A DNA stretch of 64,000 nt, taken from the NCBI RefSeq assembly GCF_006345805.1, contig NC_043003.1, positions 59,644,001-59,708,000 on the forward strand, in the 5' to 3' direction. Shown one piece after another: positions 25,809 through 40,169 of this stretch (positions are counted from its first letter, which is position 1; each line of letters opens with the position of its first letter). Origin of the DNA: Octopus sinensis. Taxonomy: Eukaryota. Position numbers and translations under genes: made by a program. Under the pieces are notes generated by a model. The model was not told where the DNA came from. It did not search any database and was given only the letters and a program-made list of their open reading frames with translations.

Positions 25809-26480
25809 CACATACACATACACAACCTCTCTCTCTCACTCATTCTGTGTCCCCCTCCCTCTATATATTTGTGTTTAGGAAAGTGTGGGTGGGAGATTCT
25901 GTTGTGTTTGTTCGTGACCGCCTCTACATAGATGGAGATTGCCAGAAGGCTAAAAACCTGCACAAGAAAGCTACATTATATATACATATATACACACATA
26001 TACACATGAATACATACATATGTGTGTATTAGAGAGAGGGAGTGAGATTCATATAAGTACGTACATACGAACATTTGATAAAAGGGTAGACCACACACAT
26101 ACATTCAAGTCTCAATCGCATGACCAAACAAACACCGGCTTTTTTTTTCTCTTCATATTCTTATTTTTCTGTTTTCACAACAAAACGAGCAAACTGTTAG
26201 TAAAAGCCACTGTTCAGGGTTGTATATTTAGCGATACTCCCGCCCAATCTATATAGAATCAATGTGACAAGTCTCTCGTGTGTCTTTGTGGTTCTTGTTC
26301 TTGTGACTGCTATTGTTATTGTTTTTGCTGCTACTGCTGGTACTGTTTCGCTCCGGGTCAATCCAGAACCGAGCAGTTTCAACCGTAACCATTCCATCTG
26401 GTTTTTTTTCCTTTCCTTTTTTACAAACATAGTATTTGAAAATGCCGTTATTCAATGGGTTCTAGTGTGAGTTTGCATGT

Positions 26481-26644
26481 CTTTTATGTTTAACGAGTTT
26501 CAGTCATTGGACTACGTCCATAGTGCAGCACCGCCTAATATTTACTTTTTTTAAAAGTCTGGTACTTACTTTATCGCTCATTTTACGATGGGTTGCTAAG
26601 TCACACGAACATAAACAAGGAGTTGGGTGACAACCACATACATA

Positions 26645-26675
<31 letters not shown>

Positions 26676-26812
26676 GTACATATACATATATATATATACA
26701 CGACGACATTCCACACAGCTTTCGTCTACCAAATTCATTCACAAAGCAAACTGACCCGGGGCTATGGTGAAGACACTTGCCCAACATACCGTACAGTGTG
26801 GCTGAACTCTAA
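26481..26812 (-). mobile_element. SINE family C, decayed
   Basis: tttcagtcattggac..gcaccgcc; tttcgtctaccaaattcattcacaaagc..gaagacacttgccca. Confidence 0.65.
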
Positions 26813-27103
26813 ATTTCAAAATGATTTTACTCACACTGTATGCCTAAAGGGAGAAGTCTGTATAGAATTTAAAAGAAAATTTGGCTGTTATTTTCAGCCG
26901 GTCGTGTGATCAGATATAGATTCGAGGTTGTCGTTTTTCTCGACGTCAGGCCTACAACCATTACGACCATGCCCTAGTCATCTTATGAATCGAATTTGTG
27001 CTCCTGGTGTGACTCAAATTTAAATCCTTTATCTGTCTTTTGCATTTTAAAACACCATTGAAATTAGCTGCCAAATCTCCCTCACATCATACGCTGTCAT
27101 AGG

Positions 27104-27370
27104 TACAGGCGTAGATATGTAGTTATGATGCTTTCCAATTATGCACAGCACCTTGAGCAAATGACTTCTACTAATGTGTGTGTATCTGTGTGTCCAACTA
27201 CCGCCTAACAACTGTCGTTGGTTTGTGCTTACATTGGTTTGGCAAAAGAAACCGACTGACAGAGTAAGTTTCCTACTTATAAAAAAATAAGTACTGGGCT
27301 CGGTTTGTGCGACTATACCTTTGAAGGATGTGCTCCAGAATGGTCATAGCCCAATGACTGAAATAAATAA
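27104..27370 (+). mobile_element. SINE family C, decayed
   Basis: caccttgagcaaatgacttctact; ggcaaaagaaaccga; gtgctccagaatggtcatagcccaatgactgaaa. Confidence 0.6.
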
Positions 27371-28570
27371 ATAATAACGATAGGGCAAGGAAACAGTGAA
27401 TATAGTCCCACATTCTTTCAAGAGGGTAGGAAAGTCGCGGTCAGGAGTTCTTTGAAACAGACATTTCTGGCAAAAGAGCATTACCTGTTGCTCGAACAGC
27501 CAGATACTGTAGCCAATTGTCCCACAAATCTTGTGTTAAGACGTCAAACGGGATGGTCACAGATGGAACGCCTTTGATCAGTATTTCTTTCAAGGAGAAA
27601 CTGATATAGGACCAAACAATAACAAGAACAACAACCTTATAATCATAAAGCTTTGGCTCTGATAACGAAACCAGTTTTGTGCAGAGAGAGCGAGAGAGAA
27701 AGAGAGAAAAAGGAGGTCGGGCGGACAAAAATAAAATAAAATAAAAATAACGAAATGATTATCTCCCTTAGACTTTTATTTTCCATGTTACACACAAAGA
27801 GGAGACGCGATTTACACGTGTCACCTTAAACTAAAGACTATCGGAGCAATGTTCTTACAACTCACAGGAAGCCATTTGTAGATCTCCCAATATATGACTT
27901 GTTTTTATTATCTCCCTTTTATTTTGCCATCTTCTTAAAATCAACACCACCATTATTATCGTCATCAGTAATAATTATCACTATGAGTAACATTAAATTT
28001 TACAAATGAGATTAAGATAATGAATGCTTTGAAATAAATACAGTGTATATGTCGCACCTATGATTTAGTGTCAAATGTTTGTATAAAACTTTTCCTTTCA
28101 TAGTTTTAGTTTTGCCTTGTGCATACGTTGCACTTCTTTTTATTTTTAATCTTAAAATCAACTATAAAAATAAAGCAGCTGGTACATGAGTAGATACGAT
28201 CTTTTATCTTTTTTTTTAATGAAACTTATATGGAAATTTTGCAACATTCATTTGTTTCTGTGGCAATAATTGGAAATACGAGGCTTTTTACCAAGCAATC
28301 ACAATCACAAATTTTACAGAGGCAGGAAAAAGTTGTGGCCCTATTGAAAATAAACTCGAATTGTATTGGTTTCTACAACGAATCGAAACCATGAACGTGT
28401 GGCTCAAATTACCGGAAGCTTGCTTCTACTCTCTGCCAAATCCCCGATATTGATTAAGCCCGGAGCAATTTCTACTCTCGTCCCTTAAGTTGTTAAGAAA
28501 AGCTGCAAATGCTGCTCAAAACCATTGTTTTTGAAAATATAGGGTCATATTATAAATGAAATCTTAGATA

Positions 28571-28736
28571 CAGGCGCAGGAGTGGGTGTGTGATAAGTAG
28601 CTTACTTACCAACCACATTATCTCGGGTTCAGTCCCACTGCATGGCACCTTGGGTAAGTAGTGTCTTCTACTATAGCCTCGAGCAGACCAAAGACTTTTG
28701 AATGGATTTGGTAGACGGAAACTGAATGAAGCCCGT

Positions 28737-28771
<35 letters not shown>

Positions 28772-28988
28772 ATGTATGTGTATGTATGTTTGTGTATCTA
28801 TGTTTGTCGCTTGACAACCGATGCTGCTGCGTTTACGTCTTCGTATCTTAGCGGTTCGGCAAAAGAGACCGATAGAATAAGTACCAGGCTTACAAAAGAA
28901 TAAGTCCTGGGGGCGATTTGCTCGACTAAAAACGGTGCTCCAGTATGGCCGCAGTCAAATGACTGATACAGGTAAAAGAATAAAAGAA
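28571..28988 (+). mobile_element. SINE family C, full length with internal (TA)n/(TG)n
   Basis: caggcgcaggagtgg..gggttcagtcccactgc..gatttggtagacggaaactga..(TA)n..gcggttcggcaaaagagaccgatagaataagtacc..cggtgctccagtatggccgcagtcaaatgactga-taaaagaa tail. Confidence 0.9.
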
Positions 28989-29096
28989 TGCATTATTGTC
29001 TGCAAAAAAGAAGTTTGTTATAGCTTTTATCATAGATTTGTTGTGTAGGTGCTAATTTATGACTTGCACACTCCACGGACAATGGCTGCACACTCC

Positions 29097-29320
29097 ACGG
29101 ACACGTTTACCCTTAACATAGTTCTCAGTGAGAGTCAACGTAATGCAGAATGGGACAGGGCCGGCCTTTTGGATTACCGGTAGAACTCATGTTTGCCAGC
29201 TGAGTGGACTGGAGCAACTTGAAATAAAGTGACTTGCTCATTGACTCAACACACTGCTGGGAATCGAATTCCCCCCCTTACGATCGTGAACAAAATACCC
29301 TAACCACTAAGCCAAGCGCC
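29097..29320 (-). mobile_element. SINE family D, CORE-domain-like tRNA-derived SINE
   Basis: Minus strand has a tRNA-like head, then tgagcaagtcactttatttcaaagttgctccagtccactcagctggcaaacatgag, which resembles the CORE/MIR domain; octopus OR2 is a known CORE-SINE but identity was not checked. Confidence 0.7.
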
Positions 29321-30649
29321 TTTTTACTAAATAACAACAACAGCAAACAGGTCCTAGAGAGAATATAGTCAGTTTAGTCCGTCCGATCATATGTTTACTA
29401 CGAAGGTATTGGATTTAATGTTCACTATGGTGTGATTTGAATACAGTTACGTTAAGTACAAACCTAAATCATCATCATCATCATCATCATTCATCATCAT
29501 CATCATCATCATCATTATCATCATCAACCCTAAACATCAGTGTTTCAAGACCTAGGTATCATATTTTACAAAATTCAGTCTCATCCATTTACATTTGAGG
29601 TGAAACTTTGCATGAAACGATAAAAAATACCTGTAATAACATAGTTATAGAAAATGGCTACAAATATGTATCTTAATTGATAACCATTGCTCTCATGACG
29701 TTTTTGATATCTGTTCATCCGGGCCATCACTGGATGCTTCTAGTAGCATATATCACCCTTTGTATTGGAAGTGCTTGTAAGCAACCTCGTTCGAACCGTT
29801 TCTGCATCTCGGGAAAGGAGCGCTATTTAGCTTTTAGCTGTATCTCACGACAATTCTCACTTCGGGAATCGTCTTCCAAATCTTCTTTCGAGGACATATG
29901 ATATCTCCTTCCGTTCTTGAAAAACAGATTTATATTACTTTCCGCCATGTTCTATTTTCAGTAATTCATCGAATGAGGCGTCAATTTTTTTCGTGACCTG
30001 TCACTTTTGTGCTTCAAAATTTTTCATTACTCTTGTAGTGAGCAGCGCAAGCAAAGAACGATGTGTTACGGCTTTATTATTGTGGTTTTCATTGATGTTT
30101 GAGTTCCCCTTACTGTTTTATTAAACTTCTGACTAAAATGGTTGAGAAAAGTAAAATTTCATTTCAGTAGGAACCGAAACCATTAGATAAGGAAAAAATG
30201 AATCAAAATAGTAATAAGAATGATGATAAATACTTTAGAAAATATTACAAGCTTCAGACAGGACAAAGAATAAATAGGGGTACTGGAAAAAAAAAAGGCA
30301 TGCAGCGTAACTCTAAAACAAACATAAATACGTACATACATAAATACATACACACACACAGAGGCATGTGCATACATGCATACATATATACGCCTACAGA
30401 CACGTGTGTGTTTGTGTGTGTAGGAGAGCGTGTAGTAGTACCTGCATCTGTGTCATTTGAGATTAAATACGTGTATGACTTCCACTCCACACTTCAATAC
30501 TATGCATAATCTCTATCCTTCCACCCACATCTTTTATAGCTAACGTCTAATACCAATGGCCCTAATTACCAACAGGCAGTATTTACCAACCATTCTTCAG
30601 CTTTTGACTATTTCCTTTAGTTCTTACTGGCAGTTAGTCCTTATGTCTG

Positions 30650-30707
<58 letters not shown>

Positions 30708-30882
30708 GTTTCTTCTCTCCCCCTCTCTCTCTCATATATATATATCATATATTTACACACACGCACACACACACACACACGTTCCTGTATCTTCTTAAGC
30801 TTTCTCAAAAACTAACTAGAACTTGCTTTCCAAAATATCCCACAGCAAATAATAATAATAACAACAACAACAACAACAACAA

Positions 30883-30981
30883 TCCTTTCTACTATAGGCG
30901 CAAGGCCTGAAATTTTGTGTGGAGGATACCGGTCGATTACATCGACCCCAGTGTTTCACAGGTACTCGGCGGAATTTGAAC
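30883..30981 (-). mobile_element. SINE family A fragment with internal deletion
   Basis: gtcgattacatcgaccccagtg..ggtact|cggcggaatttgaac. Confidence 0.7.
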
Positions 30982-31258
30982 CCACTTTTCAAGCCTAGCC
31001 AGGCTCATGGGCCCGGTTTCCCGGTTTCTGTGGCGTATGCGTTCCTCTCAGCTGGACGATACGCCAGTGCATCGCTGCGTTAGTCAAGAAACAGGAAGAG
31101 AGAATGAGAGAAAGTTGTGGCGAAAGAGTACAACAGGGGTCACCACCACCACCCACTGGAGCTTCGTGGAGCTTTTAGGTGTTTCACTCAATAAACAGAC
31201 ACAACGCCCGGTCTGGGAATCGAAACCGCGATCCTCCGACCGCGAGTCCGCTGCCCTA
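30982..31258 (-). mobile_element. SINE family B head/body with an alternative 3' tail
   Basis: 31100-31258 matches 17585-17750, but 30982-31085 is unrelated to 17462-17582. Confidence 0.8.
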
Positions 31259-31335
31259 TCTCTTTTAAGTCTCCAAGTTCAAATTTTCTCCCTCCATCCG
31301 TTCTCACTCTTTGTCTCATTCTCTCTAACTGTCTC

Positions 31336-31388
<53 letters not shown>

Positions 31389-31532
31389 TTCTGACCATCC
31401 ACCTATTCAATCACACACACACACACACAGACACACACACACAATGATGCACGTGTGAGGTATGCGGTGTATGTGTGTGTATGTGTCTGTGTGCAGCAGT
31501 AGCGGTAAGAGCAGCAGCAGTGCAGCAGCAGC

Positions 31533-31584
<52 letters not shown>

Positions 31585-31911
31585 ATGGTGGTGGTGGTAG
31601 CCATAAGGGTAACATGTGGTTCGATTCCCGTAATCGATCTTTCACCTTTCTCCATATTCGTGTGTGTGTGTATGAGAGAAAGGAGGAAGAGGGAGAGAAG
31701 GAAAGCAAGGGAGAGGAGGAAAGAGAGACAAGAGAGAAAGAAAGAGTGAGAAGGAGAAGTAGAGGAAGATGGACGGATCGATAACAGCCCTCCATAATAT
31801 TAACATTGTTAACTTCTGTCCACAATATCGCATTATTAACTAGTCATAATGCTATCCCTATCTCTCTCCCCATCTCTCTCTCTCTCTTTCATCCCGTCTC
31901 CCTGTCTGCTT

Positions 31912-31978
<67 letters not shown>
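31912..31978. repeat. (CT)n microsatellite
   Basis: Direct. Confidence 0.97.
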
Positions 31979-31979
<1 letters not shown>

Positions 31980-32345
31980 ATGTCTCCAATTTCTCTGTTC
32001 TATCTTTTTTCTCTTCGAATCAACATTGCCTCTCTTTTGCATCCTTGCTCACATACTATTCCCCCCTTCACCGCTTTCCACTTGTCTCTCGATTTCCTAC
32101 TGCCACAGTAGAAGCCAGCGTGAACAGACAGTCGGTTAGTTTCGTCTACCATTGGTTGATTCGTGTATATCAAGGTTAGCTGGAACATAACTCCGAAAAA
32201 TGAAAAGAAGAGATAAATGGAACCTTGTTGTCTGCTACACTACAGGCACTCATCATTCCCAAATAGTTTTCTGCACACTAAATTTGCTGCCATTAATACG
32301 TTATGTATATATGTATATTTGTGAATGGGAGAGGGGGATCTTTAT

Positions 32346-32392
<47 letters not shown>

Positions 32393-33007
32393 TATATATA
32401 TATATATATATATTATTATTATTATTATTATACACATACACTCTCACACAAACGCAACACAATGGCGTTGAACAAGCATGTTTAGAGCTACGAACTGTAG
32501 CCAATGACAGAATAAAAGAGCGTGTGTGAGTGTGTGTTTATATATGTGTACGTGTGTGTGTGTGTGTGTATGTGTGTGTGTGTGTAAAGGCACAAATACA
32601 TACATATGTAATTACATATTTAAAAAAAAACACCTACGCACACGCACGCACGTACACACATACACGCACGCGCACGCGCGCATGCACAGAGAACGACGGG
32701 ATCCTTCAGAAATGCACCGAGCCTATTATAAACGCCCATGATACACGCACACACACACACACGTATATTACAGGGATATTATATGTAAATGATGTTTTGA
32801 GCTGTCGGGGATATTGAGAAGAACCGAAGGAAAAACGATTCAGTATGTATTTAATGGTTAAAATATTGGCGAAGATTACATACACACTCACACATTTACT
32901 TTTGGTTATATCCTGTGCTCTGTCACAGATAAAAATTCTCTCTCTCTCTGTCTTATTCATATCAAATGATTATATATGTGTATGTATATGGATGGATGTG
33001 TTTGTAT

Positions 33008-33076
<69 letters not shown>

Positions 33077-33235
33077 ATTATATATGTATATATATATATA
33101 TATAATTTAAAGAAAGATTTTCGTAAATTTGAAATTATCAAATATATTTTTAAAAAATCTTTAAAAGCACAGAATGACCCGAACTTTGAGGAAGTTTTCG
33201 AATATACATAGATTCTTCCATGGGCATATACAAAG

Positions 33236-33404
<169 letters not shown>

Positions 33405-33597
33405 TGCGTGTGAGCGTGTGCGCTTGTATGTTTATATTTTTTATGCTGCGGTTTATTAAAGTTTCGTGCAGTTTTAATCATGAGTTAGGCACCAAAATAT
33501 TTACAATTCTTTGTAAAAATGTTCCTTGAAACCGAATGTAAATCAGGAAAGAATAAGATGAATCATGAGATACAGTGTTGATTCCTTACCTGTCATA

Positions 33598-33634
<37 letters not shown>

Positions 33635-33974
33635 CTTTTATCGATGCCAACTCAAACTTGCGGCCTTGCTGGGATATATATATACACGCACACGCACACA
33701 CACACATATATATATAATACATACATATATATATATATATACACATATGTGTGTGTGTATGAATGTATGTATGTATGTATGTATGTATGTATTGTATGTG
33801 TGTATCAATTTCTCGCGCAATACATAGATTCATAGAATCTTGTGGCTATCTCAGAAAACTCCCCTCATAAAGTCTGGCTTTTGATGTACATACATATGTA
33901 TATGCACACACACATACGTACATGCACATATATACATATACGAAGAGAAAGAAAGAGAGAGGGAGAGAAAGACC

Positions 33975-34070
<96 letters not shown>

Positions 34071-34118
34071 AATAGATTGATTGATTGATTGATTGATTAA
34101 TTGATTGATTGATTGATT
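33975..34118. repeat. (GATA)n followed by (GATT)n
   Basis: Direct. Confidence 0.95.
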
Positions 34119-34258
34119 AGCGGTGATATTAAAAAGCTTGATAGAATAAGTACCAGACTTTAATAGTATAAGTTCTGTGTTTGATTTGTTCGAGTTAGTC
34201 CTTCGAATCGGTACCCCAGCATGACAACGGTCCATTGAGTCAAGCCAGAAAAAAGCTA
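34116..34258 (+). mobile_element. SINE family C 3' fragment
   Basis: gatagaataagtaccag..gatttgttcgag..ggtaccccagcatg. Confidence 0.55.
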
Positions 34259-35130
34259 AATATAAAAGTCATACTATATTCGTGTACATACATATGTTAC
34301 ATACAGATATATGTAAGCGTTTTGTAGGTATGAGTGTTATATATGCATGTCTGTGCGTGTGTATGCGAGTGTGTATGTATAGAGGCTTGTCTGTGTGTCT
34401 TTGATTGAATCTGAGTGGGTGGAACGCGTACGTGCGTGCGTGTGTGTAAAGGAGCGCGTCTAACTGTGTCTGTGTGTTGGTCTCGTTGTTGAATCCGAGC
34501 GCTTTCACTCGCCCAAACATTCTCTCTACAGTGTTCAGTGATATTTATTCACTCTCTCTCTCTCTTTCTCTGTATTTTGCTCTCACATCTCCTCCTGTCT
34601 CTATTTGTTTAACAGACACACACACACACACACTCAGATATACTCAATCACCCACACACATCTCTCTCTCCGTCTCTCTCACAGTTTCTCTCTCTCTCTC
34701 TCTCTCTTCCTCCTGCTCACACGGTCTCTCTTTTTCTCACTTACTTCCTCACGCACACACACGCTCATACATACGCACTCTCTCCCTCTCTTACATATAC
34801 ACCGAAAAATATTTTCCTTCAAATTCATTCGTTTTGCTTCATTTCCTGTCAGTTTTAAAGATAAATACTTTTACTCACTTCCCTATATACAATCGTAGAA
34901 CTGCAGCCATACGGGATGCACAGGATACAAAAATACACGAGACAGACAAGTAATTGTACGCTAATTCCATTTGTGGATCACAAAACGACACTGGACTTAA
35001 AAACAGACGCAACCGAAGCAACACCGGCTTTAGACCGGTGTAAACATTAAACTCTCTCACTGTCTGGTAGTCTGTCTCTGTATGTTTGTGTGTGTGTATG
35101 TGTCTATATCTATCTATCTATCTATCTATA

Positions 35131-35173
<43 letters not shown>

Positions 35174-35177
35174 AGTA

Positions 35178-35209
<32 letters not shown>

Positions 35210-35237
35210 TTTCTCTCTCTCTCTCTCTCTCTTTCTC

Positions 35238-35323
<86 letters not shown>

Positions 35324-36041
35324 GAACACCAATTATATATATAGAAATTATATATACATACGTATATGCCACATACATACATACATACATACATACATAC
35401 ATACATACACATACACGCACAAATATATCCCCCAAAAGATGATCATGGATAAAATATTTACTATCAGGGTGTATTTGGGAATGACCAAAAGAAATCCTCT
35501 TTTACCTTTCAACATTCCTATCAAATTGTTTGTGTGTGTCACAAATACACACACGCGCGCGTATATATGCATAGAAATGTAATATGTATGTGTCTCTATC
35601 TAAGCAAATATAGGTATATTAAACACCATACAGCATAAATTATCGGTTTATGAAAATTATATTCAACATTAAAGGATGTTTCATAATTGCCGAATGACAA
35701 TTATGATTAGCTTCGTATGAGAAAGGGAGATAATCTAAAGAATTAACCGCCCTCCAAATCTGACATAGCATTAATGAAAAGGACATGCTAATTTACTGGA
35801 GAGAAGACGGGGGGGGGGATGTTTCTGCCTCAGTAGGCGTCAGCAGCACGACACTTCTCCCATCCTAACTCATATAGTCAAGGTACTTAAACATACAAAA
35901 TTAGTAGAGCACAGTGGAAGTCAACATAATTTGTGTAATTAAACACAAATGAACGAAGAGAAATAACTAAGAGGAACCAGCGGCATGCATATGATGCCAC
36001 AGGTTTCGTTGCGATATTATCATTTTTCTTAGCTTGATTTT

Positions 36042-36404
36042 GTAGGCGCGACTGTGTGGTAAGAAGTTTGATGTCCAACCACATGGTTCTGGGTTCAGAC
36101 CCACTGCGTGGAACCTTAGGCAAATGTTTTCTACTATAGACTTGGGAAGCCGAAGTCTTGTGAGTGGATTTGGTAGACGGAAACTGAAAAAAATCCCGTT
36201 GTGTGTGTGTGTATGTATCTGTCTGTTCACTATCGCTTGACAGCCCGTGTTAGTTTGTTTACGTCTCCGTAACACAGTGGTTCGGCAAAAGAATCCGACG
36301 TTACAATAAGTTACAAGCTTAAAAAAAAAAGAATTAGTACAAGGGTCGATTCTTCCCGCTAATAATTCTTCAGGGTGGTGCCCCAGCATGGCCGCGGTCT
36401 AATA
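36042..36404 (+). mobile_element. SINE family C, near full length
   Basis: ctgtgtggtaagaagttt..gggttcagacccactgcgtgg..gatttggtagacggaaactga..ggtggtgccccagcatggccgcgg. Confidence 0.85.
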
Positions 36405-36416
36405 GTTGGTGTACGC

Positions 36417-36512
<96 letters not shown>

Positions 36513-36561
36513 TGTAAGTGAATGTGCATCTATAACTGTGCTGCAATTAATCTACATCATT

Positions 36562-36778
36562 GTCTACTGGCAGATTCGGTAGAGCATCGGGCCATATGTC
36601 CAGCGATATTTCTCCCGACACCTTACGTCCTGAGTTCAATTCTGCTAATCTGGATTCTGTCATTCATCCATTTCCGTTCAATAAAAATAAGGTACCTGTC
36701 AAGGACTGATGACGATAACATCGCCCAATCACCATCCCCTCAAAATGGATGTGTTGTGCCTAAAGTCAGAAGCCATTT
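36562..36778 (+). mobile_element. SINE family A monomer, decayed
   Basis: ctggcagattcggtagagc..ctgagttcaattctgc..tcattcatcc..aataaaataaggtacc. Confidence 0.55.
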
Positions 36779-37090
36779 TTAAAGTTATAGTATAGCCATT
36801 TCGTTATATTACCATCATATATTGGGGCACAATGGAGAAATGATTTTCTAATCGTCATCGTCATTATCATTTCCATCATCGTGTTCTTCTTCATCAACAG
36901 TGCATGATAGAATAACGACTGTGTTAAAGGGACAACCAATTTAGACTGAACACATGCCAGTTAACTCACACACTTTCCTCCATAGACATATACAAATTAT
37001 GCACGCATGCAGAAGCGCGAACACACAAACACATACCCATAAGTATATGAAAGGTATACGTATATAAACAGTACATACATTCACACGCAC

Positions 37091-37134
<44 letters not shown>

Positions 37135-37725
37135 TAACACAAGGGGGAAGATACAAAGGCAGATAAAAAGAGTTTTCTTACCTAGACGTTTATAGTTTAT
37201 ACGTGATATATTCTAACACTATACATATATATATATGATTCAAAAGTCGCCATACATAAGAATAATTTTTTTTTTTGTAAGAAACTGTTTTTTATTTAAC
37301 TGTTTCATATAAAAAATAAAATTGTTCCTATGTATGGTAAATTTAAATCTCCCCATATTTATATATATAAAAAAGAGAGAAAGAGAGAGAGAAGAGATAT
37401 AGATAGATAGATATTAACACGCTGTACACACACACACACACCCATATATATATTATATATATAAATATACTCACCCATTCACACATCTATGCACACATAC
37501 ATACATATATTGATGCATATATAAATGTATACATAAATATAGATGTGTGTATCTAGATACATAAATATCATTATACACCACACACTCACATATATAAATA
37601 CATATATATATGCACAACACACATATATAGATGCATATAATTATATATATATATATATATATACATATATTATATAGTTATATATATATATATATATAAT
37701 ATATATATACTATATATATATATAG

Positions 37726-37793
<68 letters not shown>

Positions 37794-38389
37794 TATATAT
37801 CCATGCATATATATATGTATAATATTGCATACATTTGTACATAGATTATTCCACATGTTTCCTACATAATTTTAGAATACATTTGGAACATATCGACGCC
37901 ATGCATTTTAAAACATTTCTTAAAATTCCCAGGATATCAAAAAATATCCCGTCACTAAGGGTTGTACACTCGAACATGAAACCCGTTTTAATTCTGTTTT
38001 TCTTCCCTACATACTGTCGAGGATATAAATATAATAGAAACAGTTCTATTTTAATCAACTCTAATTCTTACATTACTAAAGTTTGATCTTTGAATTTAAC
38101 TAAAATAAATTCTTATATTAATTAATAACGATTAAAGCAAGACAATGGATGAATACATGGATTTCCGAATATTTGGAAACTTATATATTTTTTTAATATA
38201 TACATCACATTGAACTGAAGCCAGACTCCCGCATCGTTTTGGTGTTTTAGTTGATGTATACATCTGTATATATATATATGTTGATGTATATATAAGTTGA
38301 TCTAATGTATGGCTATATACAAGCATTGAAGAATTTAGAAGATATGTAAATTTTTGGACTAAATGTAATGTCTTGCTTTATAAATTCTA

Positions 38390-38596
38390 GGCTGTGTGGT
38401 AAGTAGCTTGCTTCCCAACCACATGGTTTCAGGTTCAGTCCCGACGCGTGGTACCTTGGGCAAGTGTCTTCTAATATAACCTCGGGCCGACCAAAGCCTT
38501 GTGAGTGGATTTGGTAGGCGGAACTGAAAGAAGCTCGTCGCATATATATATGTATATATAATATATATATATATATATTATATATATATATATATA

Positions 38597-38629
<33 letters not shown>

Positions 38630-38875
38630 TATGCGTGTGTGTGTGTATGTGTGTGTTAATGTGTGTGTGTGTGTGTATGTTTGTGTGCCTGCATTGTCCA
38701 CCAACATCGCTTGGCAACTGATGCTGATGTGTGTACGTCCCTGTAATTTACGGTTCGGCAAAAGAGACAGATAGAATGAGTACTAGGTTTACAAAGAATA
38801 AATTCTGGGGTCGATTTGCTCGACTAAAAGCGGTGCTCCAGCATGACCGCATGAATCAAGTAAAAGAATAAATAG
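38390..38875 (+). mobile_element. SINE family C, full length with expanded internal microsatellite
   Basis: Colinear with 28571-28988. Confidence 0.9.
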
Positions 38876-38984
38876 ATAAATTAACTACAACTCGAAAGAT
38901 ATATGCATCATAGTACACACACACACACACACATTCATACACACACACATAATATATATAGAGAGAGATAGATATATAATGCAT

Positions 38985-39037
<53 letters not shown>

Positions 39038-39640
39038 AAAATGGGACAAGAACGCAAAAAATTCCAGATAGTTATATATATACATACATACATTTCTATA
39101 TATTAGTCTTAACAACACCAGTGCACATTTATCGTTGTGGGCGGTCAGTGATCTCACCCTACACCCTTTCGTTGCCCCAATCCCTTCCCCTCAAAACGTA
39201 TACTTCTCGGATATTTAATTTTGGTTACTGCATATTTGTGACTTCTATATCTCGTTTATTTCACTCAACAGGAGTTTTCTTATGGATGCTGCCCTTATGA
39301 GAAACATACACGAATTACATTTTTAGTGTGACTGCATGAGTTACCGATTACTGAAGCATATGTAACAGATGGAATATAGGAGAACCAGGTTCAACTCTCG
39401 GCCCCTCACCTCTACGCACATACAAATATGAAATATTTTGAACAATAAATATGCATCTTTCTATTCTTTGAACCAGAAACAGACACGCAGGCTTGCATAC
39501 AACGAACTAATTTTAGAACAAGTGAATACAGGGACATCAAGCTATTTGTCTAACTTTTCTACTCATATATCACACGTACGTGCACACACGCACAGGTATG
39601 TATATATATATGTCAGCTTATATGTAAATACATGCCTGTT

Positions 39641-39706
<66 letters not shown>

Positions 39707-39839
39707 ATATTATATCTTATGTTATATATATATATGTATGTATGTATGTACAAACACTCATATATATTTGCATATATGCATGTGTATATTTTCATATATG
39801 CAATTATATGTGTGCGCGATATATAAATATATATATATT

Positions 39840-39870
<31 letters not shown>

Positions 39871-40138
39871 TCGCATATATATATATGTATATATATTTAC
39901 ATAAATATATATATACACACATACATATATGCAAATATATATGTGTGTCTGTCTGTGCACATATATATACTCGCACGAAGAGACTCTATATACATATATA
40001 CAAGTGCATATATACGTACCTAATGCGCGCACGCACACCCACAAAATTATTATTATCATTATTATTATTTGTGTGTGCGTGTGTGTACATACTTGCACAA
40101 AAAGTACCTATTTTCGAATCATATCTCTCTCACTCATC

Positions 40139-40169
<31 letters not shown>

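Noticed and set aside
29065-29103. 17-bp direct repeat tgcacactccacggaca as a TSD
   Set aside because: Both copies lie at the same end of the SINE, so this is a tail duplication rather than a target-site duplication
35021-35041. Hairpin ACACCGG-ctttaga-CCGGTGT as a terminator or Helitron end
   Set aside because: It is isolated, with no U-tract, no CTAG terminus and no associated gene
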